From Octopus sinensis (lineage: Eukaryota): a stretch of 64,000 nt of DNA. This document shows positions 1 through 13,136 of this stretch, piece after piece. The position numbers and the translations under genes were made by a program. The notes beneath the pieces were generated by a model. The model was not told the DNA's origin, did no database searches, and worked only from the letters and a program-made list of their open reading frames with translations. The number at the start of each line of letters is the position of its first letter. Position 1 is the first letter of the stretch. The stretch spans positions 16,266 to 80,265 of the forward strand of contig NW_021833235.1 in NCBI RefSeq assembly GCF_006345805.1, read 5' to 3'.

Positions 1-281
1 AACAACAACAATAATAATAATGGTCTTAAGTCTTGGCAGCGTCGGCGTTGACGTTAATAAGGGTGGCTGGTATTTGACGTTAGCAGCAATGACGGTGATG
101 ACGATTATGATGATGATGATAATAGTAGTGATGATGATGCCAGCCAGAATCCAGTTTGCTTAGAAAACAAACCAAACTTTGTAGTTCCTACTACTATATG
201 TCACTTACTAAATTTAGACTGGAAGTTTTGCAATGTTTGGTGTGAGTTCTAGTGTATGTATGTATGTATGTATTTTACACT

Positions 282-326
<45 letters not shown>

Positions 327-719
327 CGTGTGTGTGTGTGTGTATATATAATTTACATGCATATTGTGTATGTGTAAATAGAATTATGTATACACATATA
401 TCTAATAACATTTGTGTGTAGGATGTCTCAGAATTAACTATAGATAGTCAATTCGTAGTTAATTCTGTGACCCTGTATAATATTCGTGTGTTTGTGCATA
501 ATCATCATCATCATCCTTTAAAGTCCATTTTCGATGCTGGCATGGGGCTGTTGTTGCGCGCGTGCGTGCGTCTATTTATATATAGACACACTTGTGCATC
601 TACCTTCATACATATATTTGTAGTTCTTGTAATATTTATTACTGATGATGGTAAATAGGGATGAGGGGACGGCGATGTGATGAGTAAAATTTTTATGTAA
701 GGTATGAAGTAAAATCGTG

Positions 720-1456
720 GGAACCCTTTTGTTACTGTATTTATTTATTTTGAGATGTTCTGTGTTTCTTCCAATTATTTTAAATATAACAAAGAATTTA
801 GTAAAATAACTTAGTTATCATTAAGCTAGTGTTAGGAACATAAATTGTGTCTAAGGTTTGGTGGAAGATTTTAATTCAGAACTTTTGACAAGACATTTGT
901 ACTACAGAACTAGAGGCTGTTTCAGCTGGGTTGGTATTGAAAGGGCTAAGAATGGTTTCTCTATTATATATCTTAACCCTTTTGTTACCATATTTCTGTT
1001 AAAAGATGCTCTGTGTGTCTTTGAGCTAATTTTAAATATAACAAAGAATTTAGTAAAATAACTTAGTTATCATTAAGCTAGTGTTAGGAACATAAATTGT
1101 GTCTAAGGTTTGGTGGAAGATTTTAATTCAGAACTTTTGAAAACAAGACATTTGTACTCAGAGCCAGAGCCAGTTTCAGCCGGGTTGGTATTAAAAGGGC
1201 TAAGAATGGTTTCTCTATTATATATTTTAACCCTTTTGTTACCATATTTCTGTTAAAAGATGCTCTGTGTGTCTTTGAGCTAATTTTAAATATAACAAAG
1301 AATTTAGTGAAATAACTTAGTTATCATTAAGCTAGTGTTAGGAACATAAATTGTGACTAAGTTTTGGTGGAAGATTTTAATTCAAAACTTATGAAAACAA
1401 GACATTTATACTCAGAGCCAGAGCTGGTTTCAGCCAGGTTGGTATTGAAAGGGTAA
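720..1456. mobile_element. Three tandem ~254-bp units of a piggyBac-like MITE
   Basis: Units start (TT)AACCCTTTT at about 721, 973 and 1227 and end GAAAGGG(C/T)TAA; near-identical internal sequence. A related 5' end lies at about 14648. Confidence 0.6.
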
Positions 1457-1623
1457 ATGAGTAAACGAGAACCTCTTGATCTGTATTGATGTGAATAAGA
1501 TATTACTGAGAAACTGAAGAAGTATTTGTTTGGGATTAATGAAACATTCCTGGTGAAGAATAAAACAGGATATCTTTTCTCCAAGAAACATTTGTGAACT
1601 GGTAGTCATTAAGAACATTTTGC

Positions 1624-2595
1624 AAAACTTGGTACCCTCTGTTGGGGGGAAAGTTGGTACCTGAAATTTGGTACACTCTGTTGGGGGGAAAGTTTGTACC
1701 TGAAACTTGGTACCCTTTGTTGGGGGAAGGTTGGTACCTGAAACTTGGGAAACTTGGTACACTCTGTTGGGGGGAAAGTTTGTACCTGAAACTTAGTACC
1801 CTCTGTTGGGAGAAAGTTGGCACCTGAAACTTGGTACACTGTTGGGGGAAAGTTGGTACCTGAAACGTGGTACCCTCTGTTGGGGGAAAGTTTGTACCTG
1901 AAACCTGGTACCCTCTGTTGGGGGGGGAAAGTTTGTACCTGAAACTTGGTACTCTCTGTTAGGGGAAAAGTTTGTACCTGAAACTTGGTACACTCTGTTG
2001 GGGGGAAAGTTTGTACCTGAAACTTGGTACACTCTGTTGGGGTAAAGTTTGTACCTGAAACTTGGTACACTCTGTTGGGGGAAAGTTTGTACCTGAAACT
2101 TGGTACACTCTGTTGGGGGGAAAGTTTGTACCTGAAACTTGGTACCCTCTGTTGGGGGAAAGTTGGTACCTGAAACTTGGTACACTCTGTTGGGGGGAAA
2201 GTTGGTACCTGAAACTTGGTACTCTCTGTTGGGGGAAAGTTTGTACCTGAAACTTGGTACACTCTGTTGGGGGGAAAGTTTGTACCTGACACTTGGTACC
2301 CTCTATTGAGGGAAAGTTGGTATCCTCTGTTGGGAGAAAGTTGGTACCCTCTTTTGGGGGAAAGTTGGTACACTCTGTTAGGGGAAAGTTGGTACCTGAA
2401 TCTTGGCACCGTCCGTTGGGAGAAAGTTGGTACCTGAAACTTGGTACCCTCTGTTGAGAGAAAGTTGGTACCCTCTGTTGGGGGAAAGTTGGTACCCTCT
2501 GTTGGGAGAAAGTTGGTACCCTCTTTTGGGGGAAAGTTGGTACCTGAATCTTGGCACCGTCCGTTGGGAGAAAGTTGGTACCTGAAATTTGGTAC
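1624..2595. repeat. Minisatellite, ~39-bp unit GAAAGTTTGTACCTGAAACTTGGTACACTCTGTTGGGGG with 24-bp short variants
   Basis: Directly visible tandem array; accounts for the repetitive ORFs between 1430 and 2739. Confidence 0.95.
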
Positions 2596-2804
2596 TTGAG
2601 TTGGAGGGGGTTTGGTATTCTGTATTGGAGGAAACTAGATACCCTTATATTTGTCAACCCTCACCTGTTTCCAAGCAAGGTTAAATTTTCCCCACAGTTG
2701 AACATATTTTCATGGAATATTATGGTCAGGCCCACTTAGAACTATTACAAAATATCAAAACTAGGAGACAAACATATGCACATACATACATACATGTGTG
2801 TATA

Positions 2805-3190
2805 CTCTTTACTCTTTTACTTGTTTCAGTCATTTGACTGCGGCCATGCTGGAGCACCGCCTTTAGTTGAGCATATCGACCCTGGGACTTATTCCTTTAT
2901 AAGCCCAGTACTTATTCTATCGGTCTCTTTTTGCCGAACCGCTAAGTGACAGGGACGTAAACACACCAGCATCGGGGACAAACACAGGCACACAAACACA
3001 CACACACATATATATATATATACATATATACGACAGGCTTCTTTCAGTTTCCGTCTACCAAATCCACTCACAAGGCATTGGTCGGCCCGGGGCTCTAGCA
3101 GAAGACACTTGCCCAAGATGCCATGCAGTGGGACTGAACCCGGAACCATGTGGTTGGTTAGCAAGCTACTTACCACACAGCCACTCCTGC
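2805..3190 (-). mobile_element. SINE family A (tRNA-like head, internal TA/TG microsatellite, LINE-like 3' tail); about 20 copies in the window
   Basis: Head GGCGCAGGAGTGGCTGTGTGGTAAG...GGTTCAGTCCC (A/B-box-like); tail GCGGTGCTCCAGCATGGCCGCAGTCAAATGACTGAAACAAGTAAAAGAG. Other copies at about 3605, 4192, 6884-7625, 9055-9800, 10728, 13472, 14745, 16105, 24360, 27390, 30497, 33537, 38072, 42520, 44995, 45757, 52240, 58205 and 61437. Confidence 0.85.
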
Positions 3191-3756
3191 GTATATGCAC
3201 TAAATCCACTGAAGTGTATTTGTTTCACTTATTTTCAGTCTCCTTTGTATATCTTCTGCATTCAATGCCTGTGTCTTTTTTTAACCGTGCAACAATGCAC
3301 GTGCATTGTGCAAACTTAATACAATCTACCTTGAACTAAAAAACAGAACCAGCAGAAAACTTGATACCCTTCACCAACCTTTGCTTGTTTTCAAGCAGTG
3401 TTAAAATTTTCCTCACAGTTGGACATGTTTTTTGCATGGAAGATTGAAACTGAACAACTCTGCTTGCATTATGGCTGGGCCTACTTAGAACTAATGCAAA
3501 ATAAAAATACTAGGAGACATTCACACTCATACATGTATGTACACACACCCAACACTGGTTTCTAATATTATGAATCCACTGGAATATATTTGCTTAATTT
3601 ATCTTGGCTGTGTGGTAAGTAGCTTGCTAACCAACCACATGGTTCCGGGTTCAGTCCCACTGCGTGGCATCTTGGGCAAGTGTGTTCTGCTATAGCCCCG
3701 GGCCGACCAATGCCTTGTGAGTGGATTTGGTAGATGGAAACTGAAAGAAGCCTGTC

Positions 3757-3808
<52 letters not shown>

Positions 3809-4415
3809 GTGTATGTGTCTGTGTTTGTCCGACCAACATCGCTAGACAACTGATGCTGGTGTGTTTATGTCCCCGTTACTTAGCAGTTTGGTAAAAGAGA
3901 CCGATAGAATAAGTACTGGGCTTACAAAGAATAAGTCCTGGGGTCGATTTGCTCGACTAAACGCGGTGCTCCAGCATGGCCGCAGTCAAATGACTGAAAC
4001 GAGTAAAAGAGTATATCTTCTGCTTTCAATGCCTCTGCCTTGTTAACCATGCAGCATGCATTTCATTGTGCAAACCTAGTACAATCTACCCTTTATTCAG
4101 AAAGGGAGAACCTCTTCATCACCAGCAGACATTAGTAGCTCCCTGAATTTTTTCTGTTATTCTGGCAATTATGCCTTCAGAATATCTTCATATACTCTTT
4201 TACTCTTTTACTTGTTTCAGTCATTTGACTGCGGCCATGCTGGAGCACTGCCTTTAATCGAGCAACTCGACCCCAGGACTTATTCTTTTGTAAGCCCAGT
4301 ACTTATTCTATCGGTCTCTTTTGCCGAACCACTAAGTAACGGGGACATAAACACACCAGCATCGGTTGTCAAGCAATGCTAGGGGGACAAACACAGACAC
4401 GCAAACATACACATG

Positions 4416-4471
<56 letters not shown>

Positions 4472-4965
4472 ACGGGCTTCTTTCAGTTTCCGTCTACCAA
4501 ATTCACTCACAAGGCTTTGGTCGGCCCGAGGCTATAGTAGAAGACACGTGCCCAAGGTGCCATACAGTGGGACTGAACCCGGAACCATGTGGTTGGTAAG
4601 CAAGCTGTGGCTGATGAAATCACCTAGGTAACAGAAAATGCAGTCTATTTTTATGGGACCTGCCACATGTTGGAGGGAACTTACTTTACTGTTGCCTGAG
4701 TGCTAACAATGCTTATACAGCTGACAGCTCACTCTGAAGTCTTTTATATCTGTTATTCTGACTGTGACCCATCTGCATCTCTTGTGCATCCATAGTTTAT
4801 ACTAACATTGGCATGGCTGCATTGTTAAGGAGCTCACTTAGTAACCATGTAGTTTCAGGTTCAGTCCCACTGTGCAGCACCTGTCAGACTGCTGAAAGCA
4901 TCTGAGCAGGTCTCTGAGGCATTTGCATCCCCGTCTGTTCCTATCTCTGCCCACATAGTCTACAC

Positions 4966-5184
4966 CAGTGCTTTTCAAACTTTTTGCTGAAGCGGAACCC
5001 CAAGGAAACATTCCACTGGCTCGAGGAACCCCTGTGCAATAATTTAATTGTCTTATGCACACATAACTGCACAGGAGAATTAGAAATTACTGTCGATTTT
5101 AGCATTTTTCTAACTTCTTGCAGAACCCCTGCACTGTACTGGCGGAACCCTAAGGTTCCGTGGAACGCTGTTTGAAAACCACTG
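4966..5184. mobile_element. hAT-type MITE
   Basis: TIRs CAGTGCTTTTCAAAC / GTTTGAAAACCACTG; flanks gtctacac / gtctagat resemble the 8-bp NTCTAGAN target duplication of Charlie-type hATs. Confidence 0.75.
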
Positions 5185-5187
5185 GTC

Positions 5188-5442
5188 TAGATGCGTGTCC
5201 AAGGTAGCATTCCAATCTCCCACTAAAAGTAAAGGGCGAGACGTTCCTTGGAATACTTCTAGAAATTGAAAGTAATCCGGCTGACCTGTTAAAGGCGGTG
5301 CATGGACTGATACGAGTTGAAAAGCACATCCATTGCTGCCATCGACATCCAGGACAATCAGTCTACCCTCCAGGTCTACAAATCTTGTCTTTACTTTGAG
5401 ATCCAGACTCTTGCGAAAAAGTACTGCCGTGCCACTACCGCC

Positions 5443-5443
<1 letters not shown>
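5188..5443 (-). mobile_element. L1/Tx1-like LINE AP-endonuclease fragment
   Basis: ORF 5110..5508(-): GTAVLFRKSL...GRLIVLDVDG...FQLVSVHAP...LLLVGDWNATLD, APE motifs; no RT nearby. Confidence 0.75.
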
Positions 5444-5481
<38 letters not shown>

Positions 5482-5589
5482 ATATAATGTACACCGGAGT
5501 AAGTACATAAATGTGAAACAAGGTGGAAAAAAGAGTACTCAAATACCAGTGGTAGAGTAATATGCTTTATTTAAAAGCAGCAGAAATAT

Positions 5590-5828
5590 AATGTATATAT
5601 ATGTAGTATATAATGTATATATATATATGTAGTATATAATGTATATATATATGTAGTATATAATGTATATATATGTAGTATATAATGTATATATATATGT
5701 AGTATATAATGTATATATATATGTAGTATATAATGTATATATATATGTAGTATATAATGTATTTATATATGTAGTATATAATGTATTTATATATGTAGTA
5801 TATAATGTATTTATATATGTAGTATATA
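5590..5828. repeat. TA-rich minisatellite (~24-bp unit ATGTATATATATATGTAGTATATA)
   Basis: Visible tandem array. Confidence 0.9.
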
Positions 5829-6870
5829 TCATCATCATCGTTTAATGTCCACTTTTCATGCTAGCATGGGTTGGACGATTGACTGAGGGCTGGTGAACCA
5901 GATGGCTGTACCAGGCTTCAATCTTGATCTGGCAGAGTTTCTAGAGCTGGATGCCCTTCCTAACGCCAACCACTCCGAGAGTGTAGTGGGTGCTTTTATG
6001 TGCCAGTCAGGATGTACTGGCAATGACCTTGCTCGAAACTTTTACACATGCCACTGGCACAGGTGCCAGTAAGGCAACGCTGGTAATGATCACGCTTGAA
6101 TGGTGTCTTTTACATGCCACTGGCATGGAGGCCAGATAGCCCCTCTGGCAATGATCATGCTTGGATGGTGCTCTTAATACCATACTAGCACGGTGTTTGA
6201 GTTCAAATGGTGCCTTTTTTAAGTGCCACTGACACGGAAGCCGGTTAGCCGCTCTGTCAATGATCACGCTCGTAAGGTGCTCTTTGCACCCTGCTAGCAC
6301 GGATGCCAATCGTCGATTTTGATTTCACTTGCCACAACAGGTCTTCGCAAGCAGAGTTTTAGTGTCCAAAGAAGGAAAAGGTACGCATAACTGGGCTGGT
6401 TACGCCCCTGGCATAGGCCATGAGATTATGGTTTCATTTGGCTTGCCGGGTCTTCTCATGCACGGTATATTTCCAAAGGTCTTGGTCACTAGTCATTTCC
6501 TTGGTGGGGCCTAAATTTCGAAGGTTGTGCTTCACCACCTCATCCCAGGTCTTCCTGGGTCTACCTCTTCCACAGGTTCCCTCAACTGCTAGGGTGTGGC
6601 ACTTTTTCACACAGCTGTCCTCATCCATTCTCGCTACATGACCATACCAGCGCAGTCGTCTCTCTTGCACACCACAACTGATGCTTCTTAGGTCCAACAT
6701 TTCTCTCAAAGTACCTACACTCTGTCGAGTATGCACACTGACATTACACATCCATTAGAGCATACTGGCTTCATTCCTTGCGAGCTAATGCATGTCCTCA
6801 GCAGTCACAGCCCATGTTTCACTGCCATGTAGCATGGCTGTTCATACACATGCATCATAGTCTACCTTAT
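5829..6870 (-). mobile_element. 5'-truncated RTE-clade LINE with long 3' UTR and (GAT)n tail
   Basis: ORF 6434..6751(-) ERRLRWYGHVARMDEDSCVKK...GRGRPRKTWDEVVKH. Tail-only or ORF+tail copies at about 17700-18100 (+), 25640, 28980, 30045, 31885, 32660-33140, 36530, 39310, 43245-44230 and 52735. Confidence 0.85.
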
Positions 6871-7263
6871 ATATAGTATATACTTTTTACTTGTTTCAGT
6901 CATTTGACTGTGGTCATGCTGGAGCACCGCCTTTAGTCAAACAAATTGACCCTAGGACTTATTCTTTGTAAGCCTAGTACTTATTCTATCGGTATCTTTT
7001 GCCGAACCGCTAAGTTACGGTGACGTAAACACACCAGCATTGGTTGCCAAGCGATGTTGGGAGACAAACACAGACACACAAACATATACACACACATAAA
7101 TATATATATATGTATATAAAATAAATATAAGAGAGTGGTCACTATATGGCTCACTCTAGCACCAGTTAATCCAAAGGTTTCAACCACTAAAAATACATGC
7201 TTCCCAGAAAGTCAGTACGATTGTTAGCTCACACGGACAGGGCAAATAAAAAATAACAAAATA

Positions 7264-7357
7264 CAGATTATTTTGGGACATTGTTTCGCTATTAATGAAT
7301 TAAATGTAATTTTATTACAAAAAAATCCACTTGTAGCTCGTCAGCCAAAACTATCTG
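7264..7357 (-). ncRNA. Type I hammerhead ribozyme motif, canonical core
   Basis: Minus strand: CAGAUAG UUUUGG-CUGACGA-GCUA[~40 nt loop]UAGC-GAA-ACAAUGU-C-CCAAAA UAAUCUG. Stem I 6 bp plus a 5-bp extension, stem II with G10.1-C11.1, GUC triplet; predicted cut between 7277 and 7276. Confidence 0.85.
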
Positions 7358-7642
7358 GATGAAATCCACTCAATCACAACGCCAGATTTTACCATAACGA
7401 TAAAACGCGTGTGGTTCAATGATTACATCCGACGTTATGATTCAAATGCCCCAACTAACAGCGCGCCAAACTTCACGGAAAACAAATATATATATGTATA
7501 TACATATATACAACGGGCTTCTTTTCAGTTTCCGTCTACCAAATCCACTCACAAGTCTTTGGTCGACCCGAGTCTATAGTAGAAGACACTTGCCCAAGGA
7601 GCCACGCAGTAGGACTGAACCCAGAACCTTGTTCTCTGAGGT

Positions 7643-7950
7643 TAAGTTAAGTTAATTTTTTGGCTCAAAAAGCAAGGCCATGTAGGGGGACATGGAGTTA
7701 TGTACAGGGTGGTGTTCATGCAAAGAGTTCAGGCCATTTGTGGTCAAGAGAGACTTTGAACCAAGCGGTCGTAGGCATCTTCACTATCTCGTCCGGCAGC
7801 TTATTCCACGGATCCGCAACCTGGACGGAGAAAGCCCCTCTCCTTCGATTGAGATGAAATCATCGCAGATAGAGCTTTTCGGAGTGACCCTGCAGCCGAC
7901 GCTCTGGAGCAGGAGTGAAGAACAGCTCTTTCTAGAGGTTACACTTTCCG
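7643..7950 (-). mobile_element. CR1/L2-group LINE 3' fragment (second copy 35690-36020, +)
   Basis: Translates RLQGHSEKLYLR*FHLNRRRGAFSV.VADPWNKLPDE.VKMPTT..FKVSLD; ends in a (TTAAC)n tail. Confidence 0.8.
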
Positions 7951-9277
7951 CGTTCAGTTACACTTCTTCAAGGCAGTGCCCCAACACGGCCACAGTCTAA
8001 TGACTGAAACAAGTAAATGGTAAACAATAAAGGTCCTTGTCACTTTGTTACATGTAGGGTACCTGGGACCATATTATGTAATGCTCCTTTTTCCTGACAG
8101 CAGATTGTGTAGGGTGAGGAAGATTTGGCTGCTGTTTCTAACTGGTTGACCATATTGGCATCATTGATCTTCTCTTGTGGTTGATGTATTTGGCACGACA
8201 TACTGTTTATGATACATGTGTATGTGTGTAATTTGAGGGAGATTTAGCTGCTATTTGATGACACCAGTGTGATTTGCCTGAACTTTTCTTGTGGTTGAGG
8301 ACCATGATGATGATGGTGATGGTGATGACAATATTGTCATGATTTTGTAATGAGTAAAACTGCCTTTGTGTGTGTGTGTGTGTGATAGAGATTTGAGGTA
8401 GATCTGGCTGCTATTTCTAACAGATTGACCAGTCACATCACCATCATTGAACTTCTTGTGGTAGATAATAATGGTGGTGGTGGTGATGGTGGTGGTGGTG
8501 GTGATGATGGATGGTGGTGGTGGTGGTGATGATGATGATGGTGGTGATGATGGTGGTGATGATGGTGGTAATGATGGTGGTGATGACGACGATGGTGGTG
8601 GTGGTGATGGTGGTGGTGGTGATGATGGTGGTGGTGATGGTGTGATGACGATGACAGTCGTGGTGATGATGGTAGTGATGGTGGTGGTGATGGTGATGAT
8701 GGTGATGGTGGTGAATATGGTGGTGGTGATGACGATGGTGGTGATGACGATGGTGGTGATGATGGTGATCATGATAACAATAATGGTGGTGATAATGTTG
8801 ATGACACATGATGGTAATGTCATGATTTTTGCCTATTGTGTGTGATTTAAGAGAGATTTGGTTGTTATTTCTAGCTAACTGACCAATCATATTGGCATAA
8901 TTCAAACTTCCTTGTGCTTACCTGATAACAATATTGTTGCTATTGTTCTCGTTGGCACAATTTCTCAAAGAGCAAGACTACTTTCTCATGAGCTTCGGTG
9001 GATTGTGTTGCGTTCCTGCGTTTCTGCAAAATATTCAGTTTAATGAGGGCCTCTTTTACTCTTTACTCTCTTTTACTTGTTTCAGTCATTTGACTGCGGC
9101 CATGCTGGAGCACCGCCTTTAGTCAAGCAACTCGACCCCCGGAACTTATTCTTTTTGTAAGCCCAGTACTTATTATATCGGTCTCTTTTGCCGAACCGCT
9201 AAGTAACGGGGACATAAACACACCAGCATCGGTTGTCAAGCAATGCTAGGGGGACAAACGCAGACACACACACACAT

Positions 9278-9321
<44 letters not shown>

Positions 9322-9622
9322 GGAGGCGCAATGGCCTAGTGGTTAGGGCAGCGGACTCGCGGTCGCAGGATTGTGGTTTCGATTTCCAGACCGGGCATTG
9401 TGAGTGTTTATTGAGCGAAAACACCTAAAAGCTCCACGAGGCTCCGACAGGGGGTGGTGATCCCTGCTGTACTCTTTCACCACTCTTTCTCCCACTCTTT
9501 CCTCTGTTGGCCTGCTCGCTTAGCCAGCGGGGTGGCGTCATTCAAAGGCTAAAACAATGCGAACGCATTGTGACCAGCGATGTGTAACATCTGATGGTCT
9601 GGTCGGTCACGTGATCACATGA
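9322..9622 (+). mobile_element. SINE family B (tRNA-like head) inserted into (TA)n
   Basis: Head GGAGGCGCAATGGCCTAGTGGTTAGGGCAGCGGACTCGC...GGTTTCGATTCC; tail GGTCGGTCACGTGATCAC(A/G)TGA. Copies at about 13672, 23153, 39590, 45196 and 48590. Confidence 0.8.
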
Positions 9623-11789
9623 TATATATATATATACGATGGGCTTCTTCCAGTTTCCGTCTACCAAATCCACTCACAAGGCTTTGGTCGGCCCGAGGCT
9701 ATAGTAGAAGACACTTGCCCAAGGTGCCACGCAGTGGGACTGAACCCGGAACCATGTGGTTGGTAAACAAGCTATACTTACCACACAGCCACTCCTGCGC
9801 TTTTTGTTTTTTTTTTATTTTTTTAATTTTATTTTTTTTATAATTTTTACTTAAACCTAACATTGGAACAACAACATCAACAACCACACTAACAAATAAC
9901 ACTGATGATGATGTGCAAATATAATTGATAGTTTGGAGCCAGAATCACAGGTGTGTTCTTTGGCTGTCCAGATGGTTTAGTCTGTTTATATGAAGAAGAA
10001 TGCTTGTGGTGGTGGTGGTGGTGGTAGCAGTTTCTGTTACCTAGGTGAGCTTATTAGCGCTGGTAGTGCTGGTGGTGGTGGTGGCAGCTGGTGGTGTTAG
10101 AGGTGGTCTGTTGAGGCAGGATTATAGTGATAAAGTGCAGTTTAGTTTACTGGAGATTAAGGAAAAAAAGGAAGGATGGAAGTTGGTTTGGTGTGGATGG
10201 GGTAGGATGAAGACAAGGCTATTCTGACAGCTGTTAGTCTCTCTCTCTCTCTCTCTCTCTTTTAATCTCTTGTATTCATTCTCCCCTTCTCTATCTCTCT
10301 CTGACTCCCTTGCTTTATTTCTCCCTCTTTCTATCACCAGCTCCCTCCTCCTCCTCCTCCTCCTCTCTCTCTCTCTCTCTGACTCCCTTGCTTTATTTTT
10401 CCCTCTTTCTATCACCAGCGCCCTCCTCCTCCCCCTCTCTCGTTCTGTCCTCTTTCATTCTTGCCCTCTCTTTCACTGTCCCCATCTCTCTCACCATCCC
10501 TCTCGTACCACCCCCATATACTCTGCCTTACTGTCCTTCTCCATCTCCATTCACTCTTTCAACCTCCTCTCACTGTCACAATCTTCCTCACCACCCTCTT
10601 GTGAGTAGATTTGGTAGACTGAAATTGAAAGAAGCCCATCGTGTGTGTGTATGTGTGTGTATACGTATTTGTATGTGTGTGTGTTTGTATCCCCATAACT
10701 TAGCAGTTTGGTAAAAGAATATATACGCAGGAGTGGCTGTGTGGTAAGTAGCTTGCTAACCAACCACATGGTTCCGGGTTCAGTGTCACAGCGTGGCATC
10801 TTGGGCAAGTGTCTTCTGCTATAGCCTCGGGCCGACCAATGCCTTGTGAGTGGATTTGGTAGACGGAAACTGAAAGAAGCCTGTCGTATATATGTATATC
10901 TGTATATGTGTGTGTTTGTGTGTTTGTCCCCCTAGCATTGCTTGACAACCGATGCTGGTGTGTTTACGTCCCTGTCACTTAGTGGTTCGGCAAAAGAGAC
11001 CGATAGAATAAGTACTGGGCTTACAAAGAATAAGTCCCGGGGTCGATTTGCTCGACTAAAGGCGGTGCTCCAGCATGACCGCAGTCAACTGACTGAAACA
11101 AGTAAAAGAAAAAAGAGTATAGATAAGAATGTGAGTGTATGTACGTGTGTACATACATACATACATACATACGTACAGACACACGCGATTGAACAGACTC
11201 CATAGAGGCTGATCTACATTGGCAAGACTTATATTAATTAATAAATTTAGTTAGAAGAGTACAGAGAAGAGGCTGTGGTCTTTCCACTCCCCATATACTG
11301 CATTAATATTCCTCACACTTGCCATTGTGTTGTTGTCTTGATTGAACTCATAAAGCAAAATATACCGAATATGTTCCTTGTCACTTCCATTATAGCTTTG
11401 AAAAAATAACTGCTAAAATCGAACTGCACTCTTCAAAATTTACACTAAGAATAAGCACAAGGTAAAATTACTGCCTGCTTATATATCAAGTTGATGCAGG
11501 TAGTTTATCCCGTTCGCCTGTCTTTTAGTTCTTGCAGTTGAAAAAATCTGCATTATGGGATGACCCTAGGCGTGTGTATGTGTGTGTTTGCTTTCCCCCA
11601 TCGTCACTTGACAACCGATGTTGGTGTGTTTATGTCTCTGTAACTTAGTGGTTGGCAAAAGAGACCGATGAAATAAGTAGCAGGCTTACAAAGAATAAGT
11701 CCTGGGGTCAGTTGCTTCAACTAAAATCCCTTTAAGGTACTGCTCCTGCATGGGTGTAGTCAAAATGACTGAAACAAGTAAACGTATAT

Positions 11790-12250
11790 ATCACCTTGAC
11801 CGACCAGTCCGTCGGGCGTCCATTTGACACCGCTGGTCACAGCACGCTGTCCACTCCTCTCTGAATCGCGCCTTTCTCATCCACGTGATCCCAATCATCC
11901 TCCTGAAATCGTAACTCCACTGTCGTGGAAGCCTTCCAGGTGGTCTTTTCCGCTCACGCCGGTACCATTCGACAACTGTGTGCGTCCACTGATTATTGGT
12001 GAGCCGGGCGACGTGTCCAGCCCATCTATACTTGCTGCGTGTATACTCTGCGATGACATCCCTCATGCCGGACTTCTTTCTGATGATCTCGCTACTGATG
12101 TGCTCTCTCAACGAGATACCAAGCATTGACTTTCCCATGGCTCTTTGAGCCGTTACCAGTCTCTGCTCTTCTCTCTTTGTGGTAGCCCATGTTTCACTGC
12201 CATATAACATTGCAGGTAGAACTGTAGGTGTTTAATGGCATAAGGGATGT
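11790..12250 (-). mobile_element. RTE-clade LINE RT C-terminal fragment
   Basis: MLYGSETWATTKREEQRLVTAQRAM...SKYRWAGHVAR...RPPGRLPRQW. Confidence 0.85.
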
Positions 12251-12304
12251 GCTCAAGGGAAGGTTGGACAGGACCACCTGTGCCAACCTCATGAAAAGTA
12301 TATG

Positions 12305-12341
<37 letters not shown>

Positions 12342-12342
12342 G

Positions 12343-12399
<57 letters not shown>

Positions 12400-12456
12400 A
12401 CCGTTGGCGATATTTTTTCCTTTGTCTTCCCTTCTCTGGATCTTTCCTTCTCCTAT

Positions 12457-12491
12457 GTTTCTGACGAAGAGCTCCGCTCGAAACGTTAAAC
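12457..12491 (+). ncRNA. Minimal hammerhead ribozyme motif in ~185-bp repeat (12398-12580)
   Basis: GUUU-CUGACGA-A-GAGC ucc GCUC-GAA-ACGU-U-AAAC; palindromic stem III (ACGU). Related copies at 23764-23798 (-) and 31304-31338 (+). Confidence 0.7.
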
Positions 12492-13136
12492 CCTCCTTCT
12501 TTCCTGAGCGTCCAATAATACTATATTTGTTCCACGTCCTCGCGTTGTTGTGTTTTTTTGTGCTTTCTTGTTTGGATTAACTTTATATATGTATATATAT
12601 TCTTATGCAAGAATGTCGACTTCAAAGTTTCATTGTCAAAAACATTCTTGTGTAAGAATGGTAAATTTGTTCTCTACAAAAGTATAGAGCAACCCATCAG
12701 GTTAATGTAAATTTATTTTTGTTATAAATGAATATAAAAACAAACATTAATATCCAAATAAAGGCTTGAATCTCATCTGGTCGTCTGAGCAGCAGAAGCA
12801 GTGGTGATTGTCTTCTGCTGGTGATAGCAATTATGTGCTTTTAGCACCAAATAACCATATAGAGGTTTTGCTGTCTTGGTAAATATTGCAGAATTTGTGC
12901 GTTCTTGCACAACATCCTCTTTTAAGTGGGGAATATTTTACTTTTTTTGTAGAAATACTGCTTCTGTTGCTCTCTATTATTTATATATATATATATATAT
13001 AATATATATATATAACAATTTAGGAAAGGCCTTAACAGGCCATTCGTCCACTAGACAGAGCAGCCATAACTCTAACCGCAAAGTAATATAATTCGGAAAT
13101 AGGTGAAAAATTAAAAACGTTTACCCTAATTCATCT

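Noticed and set aside
1430-2739. Long repetitive ORFs (up to 266 aa) on both strands
   Set aside because: By-product of the 39-bp minisatellite; no splice context or domain.
9322-9400. tRNA gene-like sequences (A/B boxes) at SINE heads
   Set aside because: No complete cloverleaf; each continues into SINE body and tail, so called SINEs rather than tRNAs.
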